64,000 bases of DNA from a virus, in the IMG/VR virus record IMGVR_UViG_3300029989_000005. The stretch is one strand, 5' to 3'. The position numbers and the translations under genes are program-made. Shown here piece after piece: positions 39,155 to 49,025 of this stretch. Within the stretch, counting starts at the first letter, position 1. Each line of letters begins with the position of its first letter. The notes beneath the pieces are model-generated. The model did not search any database. It had not been told where the DNA came from and worked only from the letters and a program-made list of their open reading frames with translations.

Positions 39155-39403
39155 CTATGAAATAATTTTTATATTACCATCTTCAACTCTTATATTGTTA
39201 GATTCAATAAGTCTTGCTATACATGAATCAAATTCATTTTCCTTTTGCTCAGAATTTGCGACTGACTTTCTAACTTCCTCTAATTTCATAGATTTCTTAT
39301 TTTTATTAATAAGAAAAAACAAAATATCATCAGGTTCTATTGTATCAAGGTTTAGATACTGTCCTGTTATATATTTTAATTTTAAATTATTGACATCTAC
39401 CAT
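39155..39403 (-). CDS. hypothetical protein (possible winged helix)
   Basis: 82-aa ORF between uvsX and helicase. Confidence 0.6.
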   Translation of the reverse strand: MVDVNNLKLKYITGQYLNLDTIEPDDILFFLINKNKKSMKLEEVRKSVANSEQKENEFDSCIARLIESNNIRVEDGNIKIIS

Positions 39404-39404
39404 A

Positions 39405-41201
39405 CTACTGTTTTAAGATATTATTCATTTGATTTTCGAAATCATTTGTTGCCTCTACACTTTTATCATTATCTTCCAAATTATTTTCACTTTCAATAAA
39501 TTCTGTTCTATATTGGAATAATGGTTTAATTATTTTTTCATCAATTTGTTTAAGAGTATCGGTATCAAAAACAGTCTTGTTAAATAATTGGTTAAATTCA
39601 ACACACCTGTTAAGATGCTTAACACAGTATTGGTTAGACGTTGATTGTGGCTTGCATATTTTGCGTTCTTCTTTTACCACATTGCCATCTTTAATTTTCT
39701 CTGCTACAAATTTTTCAGTAAATTTAAAAGATTGATCAAGTTTAAGATTAAACTTTATATCGCTTGATGAACCCTCATTCATGAAAACGAATTCACTGTA
39801 TTCATATTTCTTATTATTTATAGAATCCAAAATTGGCTTTTTAAACTTGAATTTTTGGTTCTTGTCAATATTGATCTTGGCATTACCCATAACAAACAAA
39901 TCATCATTGCTTATTGAACCCTGAATCCATTTAGTAAATGCCTGATCTGAATAAATATCATTCAATTGCATTTTTTCCTTTAAGAATACTGTATCAAATT
40001 CAAGGTTAACGTTATGACCGCTATCTTCCAAAAATCCTATAAGATTTGGTAAACATATTTGTTGGTCTGTATTAGAGTCAAATTCTATACAACCATTATC
40101 CAAATCGTCTTCAAACGATGGTTGGAATGATTCTTCTTTGCTTTTAGCAAGTTGTGCCGAAAGCAATTTTGTAGAAAATTTTGTAGAAAGTATGGTTTCA
40201 ACAGTCACCAATTTCTTTGAAATAAGTTCCTGAGCAGTACTCATGTAGTCAACCATTTTACCTTTAGTTATACCACACACATCCCATGAAATGAATTCCT
40301 CAAGCCCCAAAAATCTGTTGATACCTTTTGTAAAAGAAATATAAAAAGTAACAGGTCTGTGCATTGAAAAACGGGACTCCATAATTTCAGCCGTAACGAT
40401 TATACCTTGTTTCTGCTTATTTTCATCTTTATCAAAGGTTTTACGAAGATTAATAACAATAGATGGCATATACATTGAGCCTTTACCACCCGATATTGTT
40501 TTAACTTTCTGATGAAATTCCTCTTTTTCATAAGTATGTGCCGTACAAACCATTGGTATACCTAATTTTCCGAACCTTGGTATCAAAAGATTGTACATTA
40601 CCTTAAGTTCTTTGGCAACTGTACCCATATCAGTTTTCATTTCACCTTCCAAAGCATCGGCTAATTGTTTTGATGAATTAAGAGATGTAACTGAATCAAT
40701 AAAAACAGCTACTTTTGGAATTGACTTTTTCTGATCTAAAGGTAATTTTTTATTTTCTGCAGTGATTTTTACTGCTGTATCCATCAATGATTGAGTTAAT
40801 TGAACCATCGGTGATGTAATTTCGTTTATGGTTTCAGGAACAATAATACGACAATTTTCAGGGTCTATACCCTGACCAATATATCTTTCCTTGCTGTGTG
40901 CGTGCTCAGAATCAAATATAATTGGATAATATCCTAACATTTGACAAAATCTTATAATATCCAACACTATATAGCTTTTTCCTGTCTTTGGGTCACCCGA
41001 AATCATAACACAATGCCCACTTGGAACACCACCAAAAAGTGAGCCACTCATACAAGCCGAAAGCACAAATGAACCACTTGGAATAAATTCAATATCAGGT
41101 TGATCAATCATAGATATTGAATCATCAGGTAAGAATTGTCCAATAAAATTACTGACATCTGAAAGTTTGGCTGAATCGCCTACGAAAAATTGCTTTGCCA
41201 T
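39405..41201 (-). CDS. uvsX: UvsX/RecA-like recombinase with long C-terminal region
   Basis: GDPKTGKS, FDSE, FIDS, TAHTY, SGG.G..Y, SRF. Confidence 0.88.
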   Translation of the reverse strand: MAKQFFVGDSAKLSDVSNFIGQFLPDDSISMIDQPDIEFIPSGSFVLSACMSGSLFGGVPSGHCVMISGDPKTGKSYIVLDIIRFCQMLGYYPIIFDSEHAHSKERYIGQGIDPENCRIIVPETINEITSPMVQLTQSLMDTAVKITAENKKLPLDQKKSIPKVAVFIDSVTSLNSSKQLADALEGEMKTDMGTVAKELKVMYNLLIPRFGKLGIPMVCTAHTYEKEEFHQKVKTISGGKGSMYMPSIVINLRKTFDKDENKQKQGIIVTAEIMESRFSMHRPVTFYISFTKGINRFLGLEEFISWDVCGITKGKMVDYMSTAQELISKKLVTVETILSTKFSTKLLSAQLAKSKEESFQPSFEDDLDNGCIEFDSNTDQQICLPNLIGFLEDSGHNVNLEFDTVFLKEKMQLNDIYSDQAFTKWIQGSISNDDLFVMGNAKINIDKNQKFKFKKPILDSINNKKYEYSEFVFMNEGSSSDIKFNLKLDQSFKFTEKFVAEKIKDGNVVKEERKICKPQSTSNQYCVKHLNRCVEFNQLFNKTVFDTDTLKQIDEKIIKPLFQYRTEFIESENNLEDNDKSVEATNDFENQMNNILKQ

Positions 41202-41271
41202 AATATTTTTATTATATCGTTATTTTAATATCTTATATTTCTTGGATATTAAAATATTCATTATTAGACAA

Positions 41272-41309
41272 TTAAACGCCTGTAAATTTTTATATTTACA
41301 GGCGTTTAA
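41272..41309. terminator. hairpin / terminator
   Basis: ttaaacgcctgtaaat/atttacaggcgtttaa. Confidence 0.7.
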
Positions 41310-41329
41310 GTATATAGTCTAAATGTAAT

Positions 41330-43036
41330 TTATATAATACTAAAATAATTTATATCTTCAGTTAATAATTTTATAGTATCAGAATTATTAATATCATACG
41401 TTACATTTCTGAAAGGTTTTGTATTGTTAATTAATTGATTAACATCATTATTAACATTTTCCAATTCTTTAAAGCTGTATTTCCAACATTTGAATGTTAT
41501 AAGGTTATTATTTTTTCTTAATTCTATAATTTTATACGCACGAAATCTGTTTATTATAACAGTTTCCTCTGTTTCCATAAGTTTATTGATAATATCTTCT
41601 GTAGATTCATCATCGTCTGCAATATAGCTTTCAAGTATTTTCCTTATATCAGCCGATTCATTAATCTTATGCATTTTCTTATCAATAATTAGAGATTTTT
41701 CAAAAACACCAAACTTGTTAATAATAACAGGCTTTATAAGCTTACCTTTAAAATTAAATTCTCTACCCTCGTTTATATCAATATGGTTTTCAAGGTCGTT
41801 ACTATCATCATCTTTCTTTATATTAGTAAGACCTTCAATGTTGCCGAGTTCAGTTGATATTTCCGATACAACTTTGTCAATAATTTTATCGGATTTTTCT
41901 GTGTCGGAAAGTTTTTGTATTTGTTCTTTTTTACCCAAAAGCAACAAATAAACCTCTTCTATATCAGCATTATATCTTATTTCATCAGGAAGTGATTCAA
42001 TTTTTTTAATGTTTCTTTGTATTATTTCAAGTTCCTGTATATATTCTTCATCATTTTCAGAAACTATGCTATCAAAGTTAAATGAATTATCTTGCTCTCC
42101 ATCCATGTTTTCACCATCCACATTTTCAGTGTTGATATTATTGGCATCCACATTTTCAGTATCAGTATTTTTGGTATCAAGATTATCATCATTATTATTT
42201 TCAGCATCATCTACTTTTGAAATATCAAAATCCTCGTTTATTGGCTCAGTATTAAAGTATGAATTCAAATCAATTCCATAAGAATTGAGGATGTATTCTT
42301 GAACATTATCATCATACTTGAACATTTCATCAATACTGTTTATTTCATCTACAACGATAATATAAATACAATCACCTAAAAATACAACGCTTATAGTTGA
42401 ATATACATCCTCAAGCTTAATCGAAAATCCTTTTAACGGGGTTTCCTCAGATGATATATAATTCTCAGCACCTTCAAAAATTTTCTCACCTTGAGTTACA
42501 ACAAGTGAATTTTTATTACTTTTTGCTATAAAATCAATAGCTTCTTCTATAATTACGTTTCTGCCATTATTTGTGTTTGTTACCGATGCAACAGATTGAG
42601 TTGATGGGTCTATTGATATTATATCATTATACAAATCAAGTACCCTCATACTACCACCATCATCATTCATAGTTTTTACCAAATCCTCAGGATTTATGTA
42701 TTTTAACACATATTGAGGTATAACAGTAGGTGGTAAGAATCTTGCATTAACAAGCTTTTTATAAACTCCTGAATCATCAGAACCTTCTGTTTTAATTAAA
42801 TTAATAAGCCCCGCCAATAACACAGCTGATGCATTTTTAACGGTAAGTGTATATTGTTTCATTATTTCCTCAGCATTTGATTTAATTACGTTTTCTGAAT
42901 CACCCTGAACACCAACCAAATATTTTTGATTTTCTTTGTTGTTGAATAAATAGTAATTACCATCAGTATCAACAGATATGAGTAAAGTGTTATCATATTC
43001 AAGAAAATAGCTATTATCTTTATTAATCCAATTCAT
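41330..43036 (-). CDS. acidic hypothetical protein, likely virion/prohead component
   Basis: 568 aa, repeated INE motifs, TAAATAA upstream. Confidence 0.6.
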   Translation of the reverse strand: MNWINKDNSYFLEYDNTLLISVDTDGNYYLFNNKENQKYLVGVQGDSENVIKSNAEEIMKQYTLTVKNASAVLLAGLINLIKTEGSDDSGVYKKLVNARFLPPTVIPQYVLKYINPEDLVKTMNDDGGSMRVLDLYNDIISIDPSTQSVASVTNTNNGRNVIIEEAIDFIAKSNKNSLVVTQGEKIFEGAENYISSEETPLKGFSIKLEDVYSTISVVFLGDCIYIIVVDEINSIDEMFKYDDNVQEYILNSYGIDLNSYFNTEPINEDFDISKVDDAENNNDDNLDTKNTDTENVDANNINTENVDGENMDGEQDNSFNFDSIVSENDEEYIQELEIIQRNIKKIESLPDEIRYNADIEEVYLLLLGKKEQIQKLSDTEKSDKIIDKVVSEISTELGNIEGLTNIKKDDDSNDLENHIDINEGREFNFKGKLIKPVIINKFGVFEKSLIIDKKMHKINESADIRKILESYIADDDESTEDIINKLMETEETVIINRFRAYKIIELRKNNNLITFKCWKYSFKELENVNNDVNQLINNTKPFRNVTYDINNSDTIKLLTEDINYFSII

Positions 43037-43130
43037 AATAAAATATTTTGTTTATATTATTTATTTTCGAAAGATTATTATATTAATTAAATTCAATATT
43101 AATACAAAGACATTTTATTATAAAATACAT

Positions 43131-43165
43131 TTTGACCACCAATAATACTATATTTGGTGGTCAAA
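43131..43165. terminator. hairpin / terminator
   Basis: tttgaccaccaa/ttggtggtcaaa. Confidence 0.6.
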
Positions 43166-43189
43166 TTATTAATAATATAATGTGCGTTA

Positions 43190-43756
43190 TTATCCTGCAA
43201 GTAAGTCCTTTTGATTTTCACATTGAAACTTAAACCCTGTGATTTTGTAAATACCTTCGGTAGTTTGGTTCAAATTCCAAGCGGGTAATTGTGTTATAGG
43301 GAAGAAAATAGGAATATCATAATATTTAATAAGTTGACCTATTTTGTTTGTAATTTCAACAGTTGCAGACCCTGTATGATCTCTCTTAAGTGTCTGTAAT
43401 CCTGTTGCGGGGTCATATGAAAGCTTTGACCAATCCCTAAGTAAATCGTATGGGTAGGGTATAAGTGTATCAGGGTTAACATTTACCTCAAAATCAAATG
43501 TTAGTGCCATTTTTGTATCAACAATAGTTCCCAAAAATGTTCTATCATGGTGTTTATATTTTTGAGAAACAGTTCCTGGAATTTTATCATTATCAAGTCC
43601 ATCAATTTTAAGATGTTGTTCCAACAATAATGAGGCATTTCCATATTTTTGTTGTAAAGAAGCGGGTAATATGATATTAGCTTTATATCTAGTCAGGAAT
43701 ACAGGTTCATCTAGATTAACCGCTGCTCTTGAGCCTGAAAATTTATAGTTTTCCAT
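43190..43756 (-). CDS. tail tube protein (gp19-like)
   Basis: 188 aa; EPVFLTRY, LRDWSKLSYDPATGLQTLKRD pattern of T4-type tube proteins. Confidence 0.7.
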   Translation of the reverse strand: MENYKFSGSRAAVNLDEPVFLTRYKANIILPASLQQKYGNASLLLEQHLKIDGLDNDKIPGTVSQKYKHHDRTFLGTIVDTKMALTFDFEVNVNPDTLIPYPYDLLRDWSKLSYDPATGLQTLKRDHTGSATVEITNKIGQLIKYYDIPIFFPITQLPAWNLNQTTEGIYKITGFKFQCENQKDLLAG

Positions 43757-43828
43757 AATATAATAAATTTTTGATATTATTGTTTTAATTATTTAGTAAA
43801 ATTTTGTATACTATAACACAACCTTTTT

Positions 43829-44572
43829 TTAATCTGTATACATGATTCCAAGCGATGCAGAATTTAATTGGTAGTCCATAAGATATTTATCCACTTCTTT
43901 TATCATATCTTTACCATCACTTTTAATTTCCGTAAAATTTATTTTATAACCACCAATCAATTTTTGATCTGTGAATGCTACGATATTGGCGAATGACACT
44001 TTACATTTACCAAGGCAATATTTCTTAAACATCACATCATTATATAACATTTCTTCGGGTATTTTCATACTACATTCAGCAAGTACACTTGATTTCATAT
44101 CTTGACCATCAACCGTTATCATATGGGTATTCTGATTAAAATCATATATCAAATCTTTAACCATAAAATTTGTTAAAAATGATGTATAAAAATTATATGT
44201 TATGGCTGTAAGCATAGCACCTGAATCACCCGCTATACCCATTGCAAAATTCCAATTGGTTTGCTTAAAATCTGTGTCTTTACCTGTATACAAGCCATCA
44301 TTAAAATTACCTGACAATGTGCGTATTCTAGTTATAGCATGAGTAGCATCAGGCATAGCTATTTGTCGCTTTGCCTTGAACAATGGTGTATTAAATGCTG
44401 TTTGTCTTATTACTATATAGCAAAATTCATGAGATAAATCAGATAACTCATAATAATAATCCCTTGTGTTATTAATTATGGTTTCAATTCTATGGACTTT
44501 AGGTGAGGCGGGAATAGTACCACCCTCAGTTAATTCATCGATTAACCAATTTACAAATTCTTTCTTTGTCAT
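43829..44572 (-). CDS. neck protein (T4 gp13-like)
   Basis: C-terminal FKKYCLGKCK...LIGGYKIN...I..DG matches the gp13 KDY..A..K...LPGG..ID pattern. Confidence 0.65.
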   Translation of the reverse strand: MTKKEFVNWLIDELTEGGTIPASPKVHRIETIINNTRDYYYELSDLSHEFCYIVIRQTAFNTPLFKAKRQIAMPDATHAITRIRTLSGNFNDGLYTGKDTDFKQTNWNFAMGIAGDSGAMLTAITYNFYTSFLTNFMVKDLIYDFNQNTHMITVDGQDMKSSVLAECSMKIPEEMLYNDVMFKKYCLGKCKVSFANIVAFTDQKLIGGYKINFTEIKSDGKDMIKEVDKYLMDYQLNSASLGIMYTD

Positions 44573-45102
44573 ACAAATAATTTATTAATATCAATATTGT
44601 TGGCTTCACATTCAAAAAGAAGAATTTGTAAAATCTTGGTTAACAGTTCTTCATCATTTTCGCTTTCATTATTTGTGTACCATTCCTCTATTAGTTCATA
44701 AAAGCTATATTCATCACATGGTATAGGAAGAATATCACTTTTATAAGTTTTAGATGAACATATGTTGTGTATGGCTTTAGCATACATATCTTTGGAGTAA
44801 ATATTTATGCTATTATTGAGAAGTACGGTTGAAAGTAAAGTGTATAATTCATCCTTTTCATTACTTTCAGTTACAAAATTTTTGATTACATCTATATTAT
44901 TGCGTTTATATTCTTTATCTGTATATTCAAAATCATTATTTTCAATTTTATATGAAAACGTTATTCCATCATGAGATATACAGAATATTTTTATAAAGCT
45001 ATTATCTATAACAAATCCACGGTGTCCACGTTTAATAATTTTCACACGGTAATTTGGAGAGTACACTGTTAATTGGTCACATGTTAATATAGCTTCTTTC
45101 AT
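44569..45102 (-). CDS. hypothetical protein
   Basis: 177-aa ORF. Confidence 0.6.
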   Translation of the reverse strand: MKEAILTCDQLTVYSPNYRVKIIKRGHRGFVIDNSFIKIFCISHDGITFSYKIENNDFEYTDKEYKRNNIDVIKNFVTESNEKDELYTLLSTVLLNNSINIYSKDMYAKAIHNICSSKTYKSDILPIPCDEYSFYELIEEWYTNNESENDEELLTKILQILLFECEANNIDINKLFV

Positions 45103-45112
45103 AAACGTAAAA

Positions 45113-45694
45113 TTACACTTTGTTTTTATTATTTATTTTATAAATTGTTTTTGTTAACCAATATTCAAATTTGGTTAACCAATTTTTAGATTTTATGTTT
45201 GAATAATACAGTTCAAATATTGGAATGTGATTGAATTCTGAGGTTTCTTTGTTGAGTATTTCTATACCAGTATCGGCAGTTACACAGTTATGCACTTTGA
45301 TACCATTAGCAACGAATACATGCATTTTGTTACTTATAGTTAAGTCAAATACTCTATGAAATCCCAATATTTTTTCTATCGATTTTACCTCCTCACAGAA
45401 TCCACCTGAATTTATAACACTATATTTGCTGCCTGTATGCATATCAATTTTGTGTTTGAGATCAGCAATAGAAAAAAATTTATCATTTCCTTTTAACACC
45501 TCTGTAACCTGATATATAGGAAGTATATGGTCTTGGGTGGCATATAAGGTTTTACCACCATATGTTTCAAGTTTGTATAATCTTTTTATACCTGTGTAAT
45601 GAACATGGGTTATTTTTGACTCTTGATCTTCATCTATGTTTACAAAATACCCAAATTTACTTATGTTATAAGACCTATATTCCTTATAAATCAT
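45113..45694 (-). CDS. extein-less split-intein adapter: IntC (136 aa) directly fused to a second IntN (57 aa)
   Basis: Block B LYATQDH, block F VFDLTI, block G FVANGIKVHN, then block A CVTADTGI at 45286; start set at ATG 45694, downstream of a hairpin. Confidence 0.85.
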   Translation of the reverse strand: MIYKEYRSYNISKFGYFVNIDEDQESKITHVHYTGIKRLYKLETYGGKTLYATQDHILPIYQVTEVLKGNDKFFSIADLKHKIDMHTGSKYSVINSGGFCEEVKSIEKILGFHRVFDLTISNKMHVFVANGIKVHNCVTADTGIEILNKETSEFNHIPIFELYYSNIKSKNWLTKFEYWLTKTIYKINNKNKV

Positions 45695-45703
45695 AAAATA
45701 TTC

Positions 45704-45734
45704 TAAGACCTCTATTAATTTAATAGAGGTCTTA
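45704..45734. promoter_or_regulatory. perfect hairpin immediately upstream of the intein adapter start
   Basis: taagacctctattaa/ttaatagaggtctta. Confidence 0.55.
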
Positions 45735-45752
45735 TATACACATATTTTTAAA

Positions 45753-46232
45753 TTATTTAACAATATTATCATACGCCAATTTATAATCCTCGTTAGTCAT
45801 TTCGAAGATTGTTTTAATTCTATCCTTTTTAACTATTGATATTATCTCACTATCAGACATATATCCTACCTTGCTAATATATTCAGATATTTTTTTATAT
45901 GCATCACAGCTATCATTTGAAACATAAAAATTGTTGGTTGCTGTTTTATTACCTTCACCCGTACTAAATTTAACGGCTACTTTGTAATAAAAATCGCTAT
46001 CATCACCAACAACACCCTCAATTTCTTCCTTCAATATCTTTTTGAATTCAAGTTGCTTTCTGTTTTCAATAGATATACATTCTTTACATATCATATCAAG
46101 ATTTATAAGTTCCTTGAATATATTTTCAGCATCTGTATAATTTAGTGCGGGAATATAATATTCTTGTGTCTTTGGTACTATTCCGAAGTCCGTTTTGGTT
46201 TCTTCTTTAATCAGTGCTTTGAAGTACATCAT
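45753..46232 (-). CDS. DUF4494-like protein
   Basis: YFKALIK...TQEYYIPALNYTDAE and YYKVAVKF pattern typical of this Bacteroidota family. Confidence 0.55.
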   Translation of the reverse strand: MMYFKALIKEETKTDFGIVPKTQEYYIPALNYTDAENIFKELINLDMICKECISIENRKQLEFKKILKEEIEGVVGDDSDFYYKVAVKFSTGEGNKTATNNFYVSNDSCDAYKKISEYISKVGYMSDSEIISIVKKDRIKTIFEMTNEDYKLAYDNIVK

Positions 46233-46253
46233 AGTTTTTAAATTTTAATTTTG

Positions 46254-47840
46254 TTAATAGTCTTTAGATATATTTATTTTTATTTGTTCAACCTCGAATT
46301 CCTCAGATACATAATAGGAGTAACGTTCCTTTCCCCATTTATGCATATAAGATACAATTGACTCCAATTTACCTGTTGTCAAATTTTGTTTCTTTGTGTT
46401 AGTAGATTCAACTACATCATAAATATATGTCATATCTTTACCCTCATAAAGACGTGCCAATCTACCCATAGTTTGATTATTAGTTGTACTAGATTTAAAT
46501 GCCTCACCATACAAAATATTAACTAAGTTTTTGATTGATTGACCCGTTGAGAAAGTTAAATAGTTTGCAACCAATATACAGTTACCCTCAGTATGATTTT
46601 TAATTTCGCTTTTTATTATTTCTCTTGTTGATACCTCTACATCACCATCGATAAAATATATCTTTTTACCAAGGTTTTGGTATATATTAAGTTCAATAAG
46701 CCTTTCATATATTTGTTTGCCATATCCACCTTTCTTGTCTGTAAAATAAACTAATGTGTTTCCTTTCATTTTACTAACCAATTGACATTTCCATTCAAAA
46801 AGTCTTCTGTGTGATCTTACAAATTGCTGTTCATACCTTAATTTTTTCTCAGGGTCATCTATATATTCCTTATCAATAGCTAATTGCAATTTTTCCTTAT
46901 CACTAGCAAAATCAATTATTATTTGTTTTATTTTACAATCTGTTGTAGCACCTGCAGAAACCAAATCCCTCTTTGAAATTATGTATGATATAAGACCAAA
47001 ATTATCCTCGTTTGTGAAATGTTCAGAATTATCACCAACCTTTGGGTGTGAGCCTGATAGACCAACTCTGTTCATAAGTACACCACAATTTTTAATTATA
47101 TTCATTATGGATGATGATGTAGACCTATGAGATTCATCACAAAATACTGTATCAAATTTAGATAAAAAAGTTTCATCTAAATTTGCCAAAGTTTGAAAAT
47201 TACCAATTATATGATCAAATTTACCTATATTCTTTTTATCCTTTGAATCACCATAAGCCATACCCATCTTAAGGTTGAATCTACCATTTGAATAGTCAGT
47301 AAATTCTTGATATGTTTGTATTACATATTGTGGGTCAGGCTCTATAATAAGTATGTGATGTGCCTGACCTGTATATCTAAGAAGCATCATTAGTAAATAC
47401 ATGGTAAGTGTTTTACCACCACCCGTACCAACATCAAGTCTTGAGAACCTATATTTATAAGCATTGTATATCGATTCTACTTGGTAATCATAAGGAACTA
47501 TATCATCGATATGTTCTGTCATGCTGTAGCAAAATTTTTTAACCTGATCATAAGTTATATTATCTCTTATTAGATTATCAAAATTTTGAAGTTGTATAGG
47601 AAATCCAAATCTTTCACACATAGTCATTAAATTAGACCATTGTGTTGACTTTAATTTATCAGCACCTATCATATAGTTTATAATACCATCAAGTCTTTTA
47701 CCTTTAGCTTTCAATTTCTTTTGTAGAAAATGGAAATTATCTATTTTCTTCCTGAAGTAAACAGATGTTTGTAATTGTTCAGCCTCTGTTTCAAAAAACA
47801 GAGTTATATATTGTAAATCATCAGATAGTTTAGCAATCAT
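46254..47840 (-). CDS. uvsW: UvsW-like SF2 helicase
   Basis: PYDYQ, TGGGKT, DESH, GLSGS, TFSTG.SIKNL, QTMGRLAR, IYDVV. Confidence 0.88.
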   Translation of the reverse strand: MIAKLSDDLQYITLFFETEAEQLQTSVYFRKKIDNFHFLQKKLKAKGKRLDGIINYMIGADKLKSTQWSNLMTMCERFGFPIQLQNFDNLIRDNITYDQVKKFCYSMTEHIDDIVPYDYQVESIYNAYKYRFSRLDVGTGGGKTLTMYLLMMLLRYTGQAHHILIIEPDPQYVIQTYQEFTDYSNGRFNLKMGMAYGDSKDKKNIGKFDHIIGNFQTLANLDETFLSKFDTVFCDESHRSTSSSIMNIIKNCGVLMNRVGLSGSHPKVGDNSEHFTNEDNFGLISYIISKRDLVSAGATTDCKIKQIIIDFASDKEKLQLAIDKEYIDDPEKKLRYEQQFVRSHRRLFEWKCQLVSKMKGNTLVYFTDKKGGYGKQIYERLIELNIYQNLGKKIYFIDGDVEVSTREIIKSEIKNHTEGNCILVANYLTFSTGQSIKNLVNILYGEAFKSSTTNNQTMGRLARLYEGKDMTYIYDVVESTNTKKQNLTTGKLESIVSYMHKWGKERYSYYVSEEFEVEQIKINISKDY

Positions 47841-47841
47841 A

Positions 47842-48360
47842 TTAATTTATATTATTTCTGTGTATAAACAAGTATCTTTCATCAAGTCTTTCAACATCAT
47901 AAATATATGTGAATAATGCAATTATAAATTTATTGTCTTTGTCTTTACAACCGAACCTTTTATAATTTTTAAAGTATTCACATGCTTTAGATACTATATA
48001 TTTGTTGCTACTTGTTATAAGTAGTTCAAACACCTCGTTAAACTCCCTAGTTTCTATATATTTCATATTATATTCTTTCCTGAATTCAATCAGCTCTTTA
48101 TATGTACTACATGCACGATTATGTATACGTTGCCTCCAATAGTCTATCCTTAAGTCAAGATAAATTATTATAATTTTAGTAATACTATAGACGATAACGT
48201 ATGCACATATTCCACATAAAAATGCACTCATAAATGCATCTTTAATACACGATATGCTTGCCAAAAAAATACACAAAAACACAACAGACATGCATATTTC
48301 CCACAAAGCAGCCTCTTTTTTTAATGTTTCTTTTATGTGCTTAAATATTAAATTTCCCAT
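47842..48360 (-). CDS. membrane hypothetical protein
   Basis: Two N-terminal hydrophobic segments. Confidence 0.55.
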   Translation of the reverse strand: MGNLIFKHIKETLKKEAALWEICMSVVFLCIFLASISCIKDAFMSAFLCGICAYVIVYSITKIIIIYLDLRIDYWRQRIHNRACSTYKELIEFRKEYNMKYIETREFNEVFELLITSSNKYIVSKACEYFKNYKRFGCKDKDNKFIIALFTYIYDVERLDERYLFIHRNNIN

Positions 48361-48363
48361 AAT

Positions 48364-48915
48364 TTATAATTTTTGGTATTCTTCTAATTTTAATACTAAT
48401 TCATGCCCAAACGTCATATCGGAAATATTTTTAATTGTTTCAACTAGAAAATTTATATGATTTTCAAGTAGTGATATACAATATTGATACTGTGAAAGAT
48501 TTGATTCTAAAAATATCTTTCTTTCTGTATCGTTTGATGGCTTTATACCATCAGGATTGTTTCCGAATTTATATTTTTTGATTTCTTTTTCCTTAATAAC
48601 AGCCACATCCTTTGACAACCATATTAAATCATCAATAATACACTGTTTCCGTATTATGATTGTCTGTCTATCATAATAAAACCTGTTTTTTGATTTTGAT
48701 AGAAGTACAACATTTTTCAAATTATAACTAAGGTCTTGTATGTTTTTGGATATTTTTTGAACATCATGTTCCTTCCTTTCTTCAATAAAAACTGATATTT
48801 CAGATATATGATTTGATAATATATTAGAATTTATGAGGCTTTTAATTGGTTTATTGAGGTCATATATGTTTTCAGAAGATTCCGACATTTTTGGTGTTTT
48901 TATTTTTATTATCAA
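48364..48915 (-). CDS. UvsY-like recombination mediator
   Basis: Helical; C-terminal FLVETIKNISDMTFG resembles UvsY; near uvsW. Confidence 0.5.
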   Translation of the reverse strand: MIIKIKTPKMSESSENIYDLNKPIKSLINSNILSNHISEISVFIEERKEHDVQKISKNIQDLSYNLKNVVLLSKSKNRFYYDRQTIIIRKQCIIDDLIWLSKDVAVIKEKEIKKYKFGNNPDGIKPSNDTERKIFLESNLSQYQYCISLLENHINFLVETIKNISDMTFGHELVLKLEEYQKL

Positions 48916-49025
48916 TAATGGTGGTTTTTTTCACAGGTATAATGTTGGAAATTTTAGCTTTAGGAATAGACATATTCCTAAAGCTAAAATCAATTTCCAA
49001 ATCATTATCAAATTTAAGTAGTTTT

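Noticed and set aside
33700-40300. Inteins as the explanation for insertions in gp55, portal and UvsX
   Set aside because: No block A at the insert starts and no HN-C/S/T ends
45695-45772. Longer N-terminus of the intein adapter as given in the ORF track
   Set aside because: It overlaps the upstream gene's stop and runs through a perfect hairpin; ATG 45694 is the more plausible start
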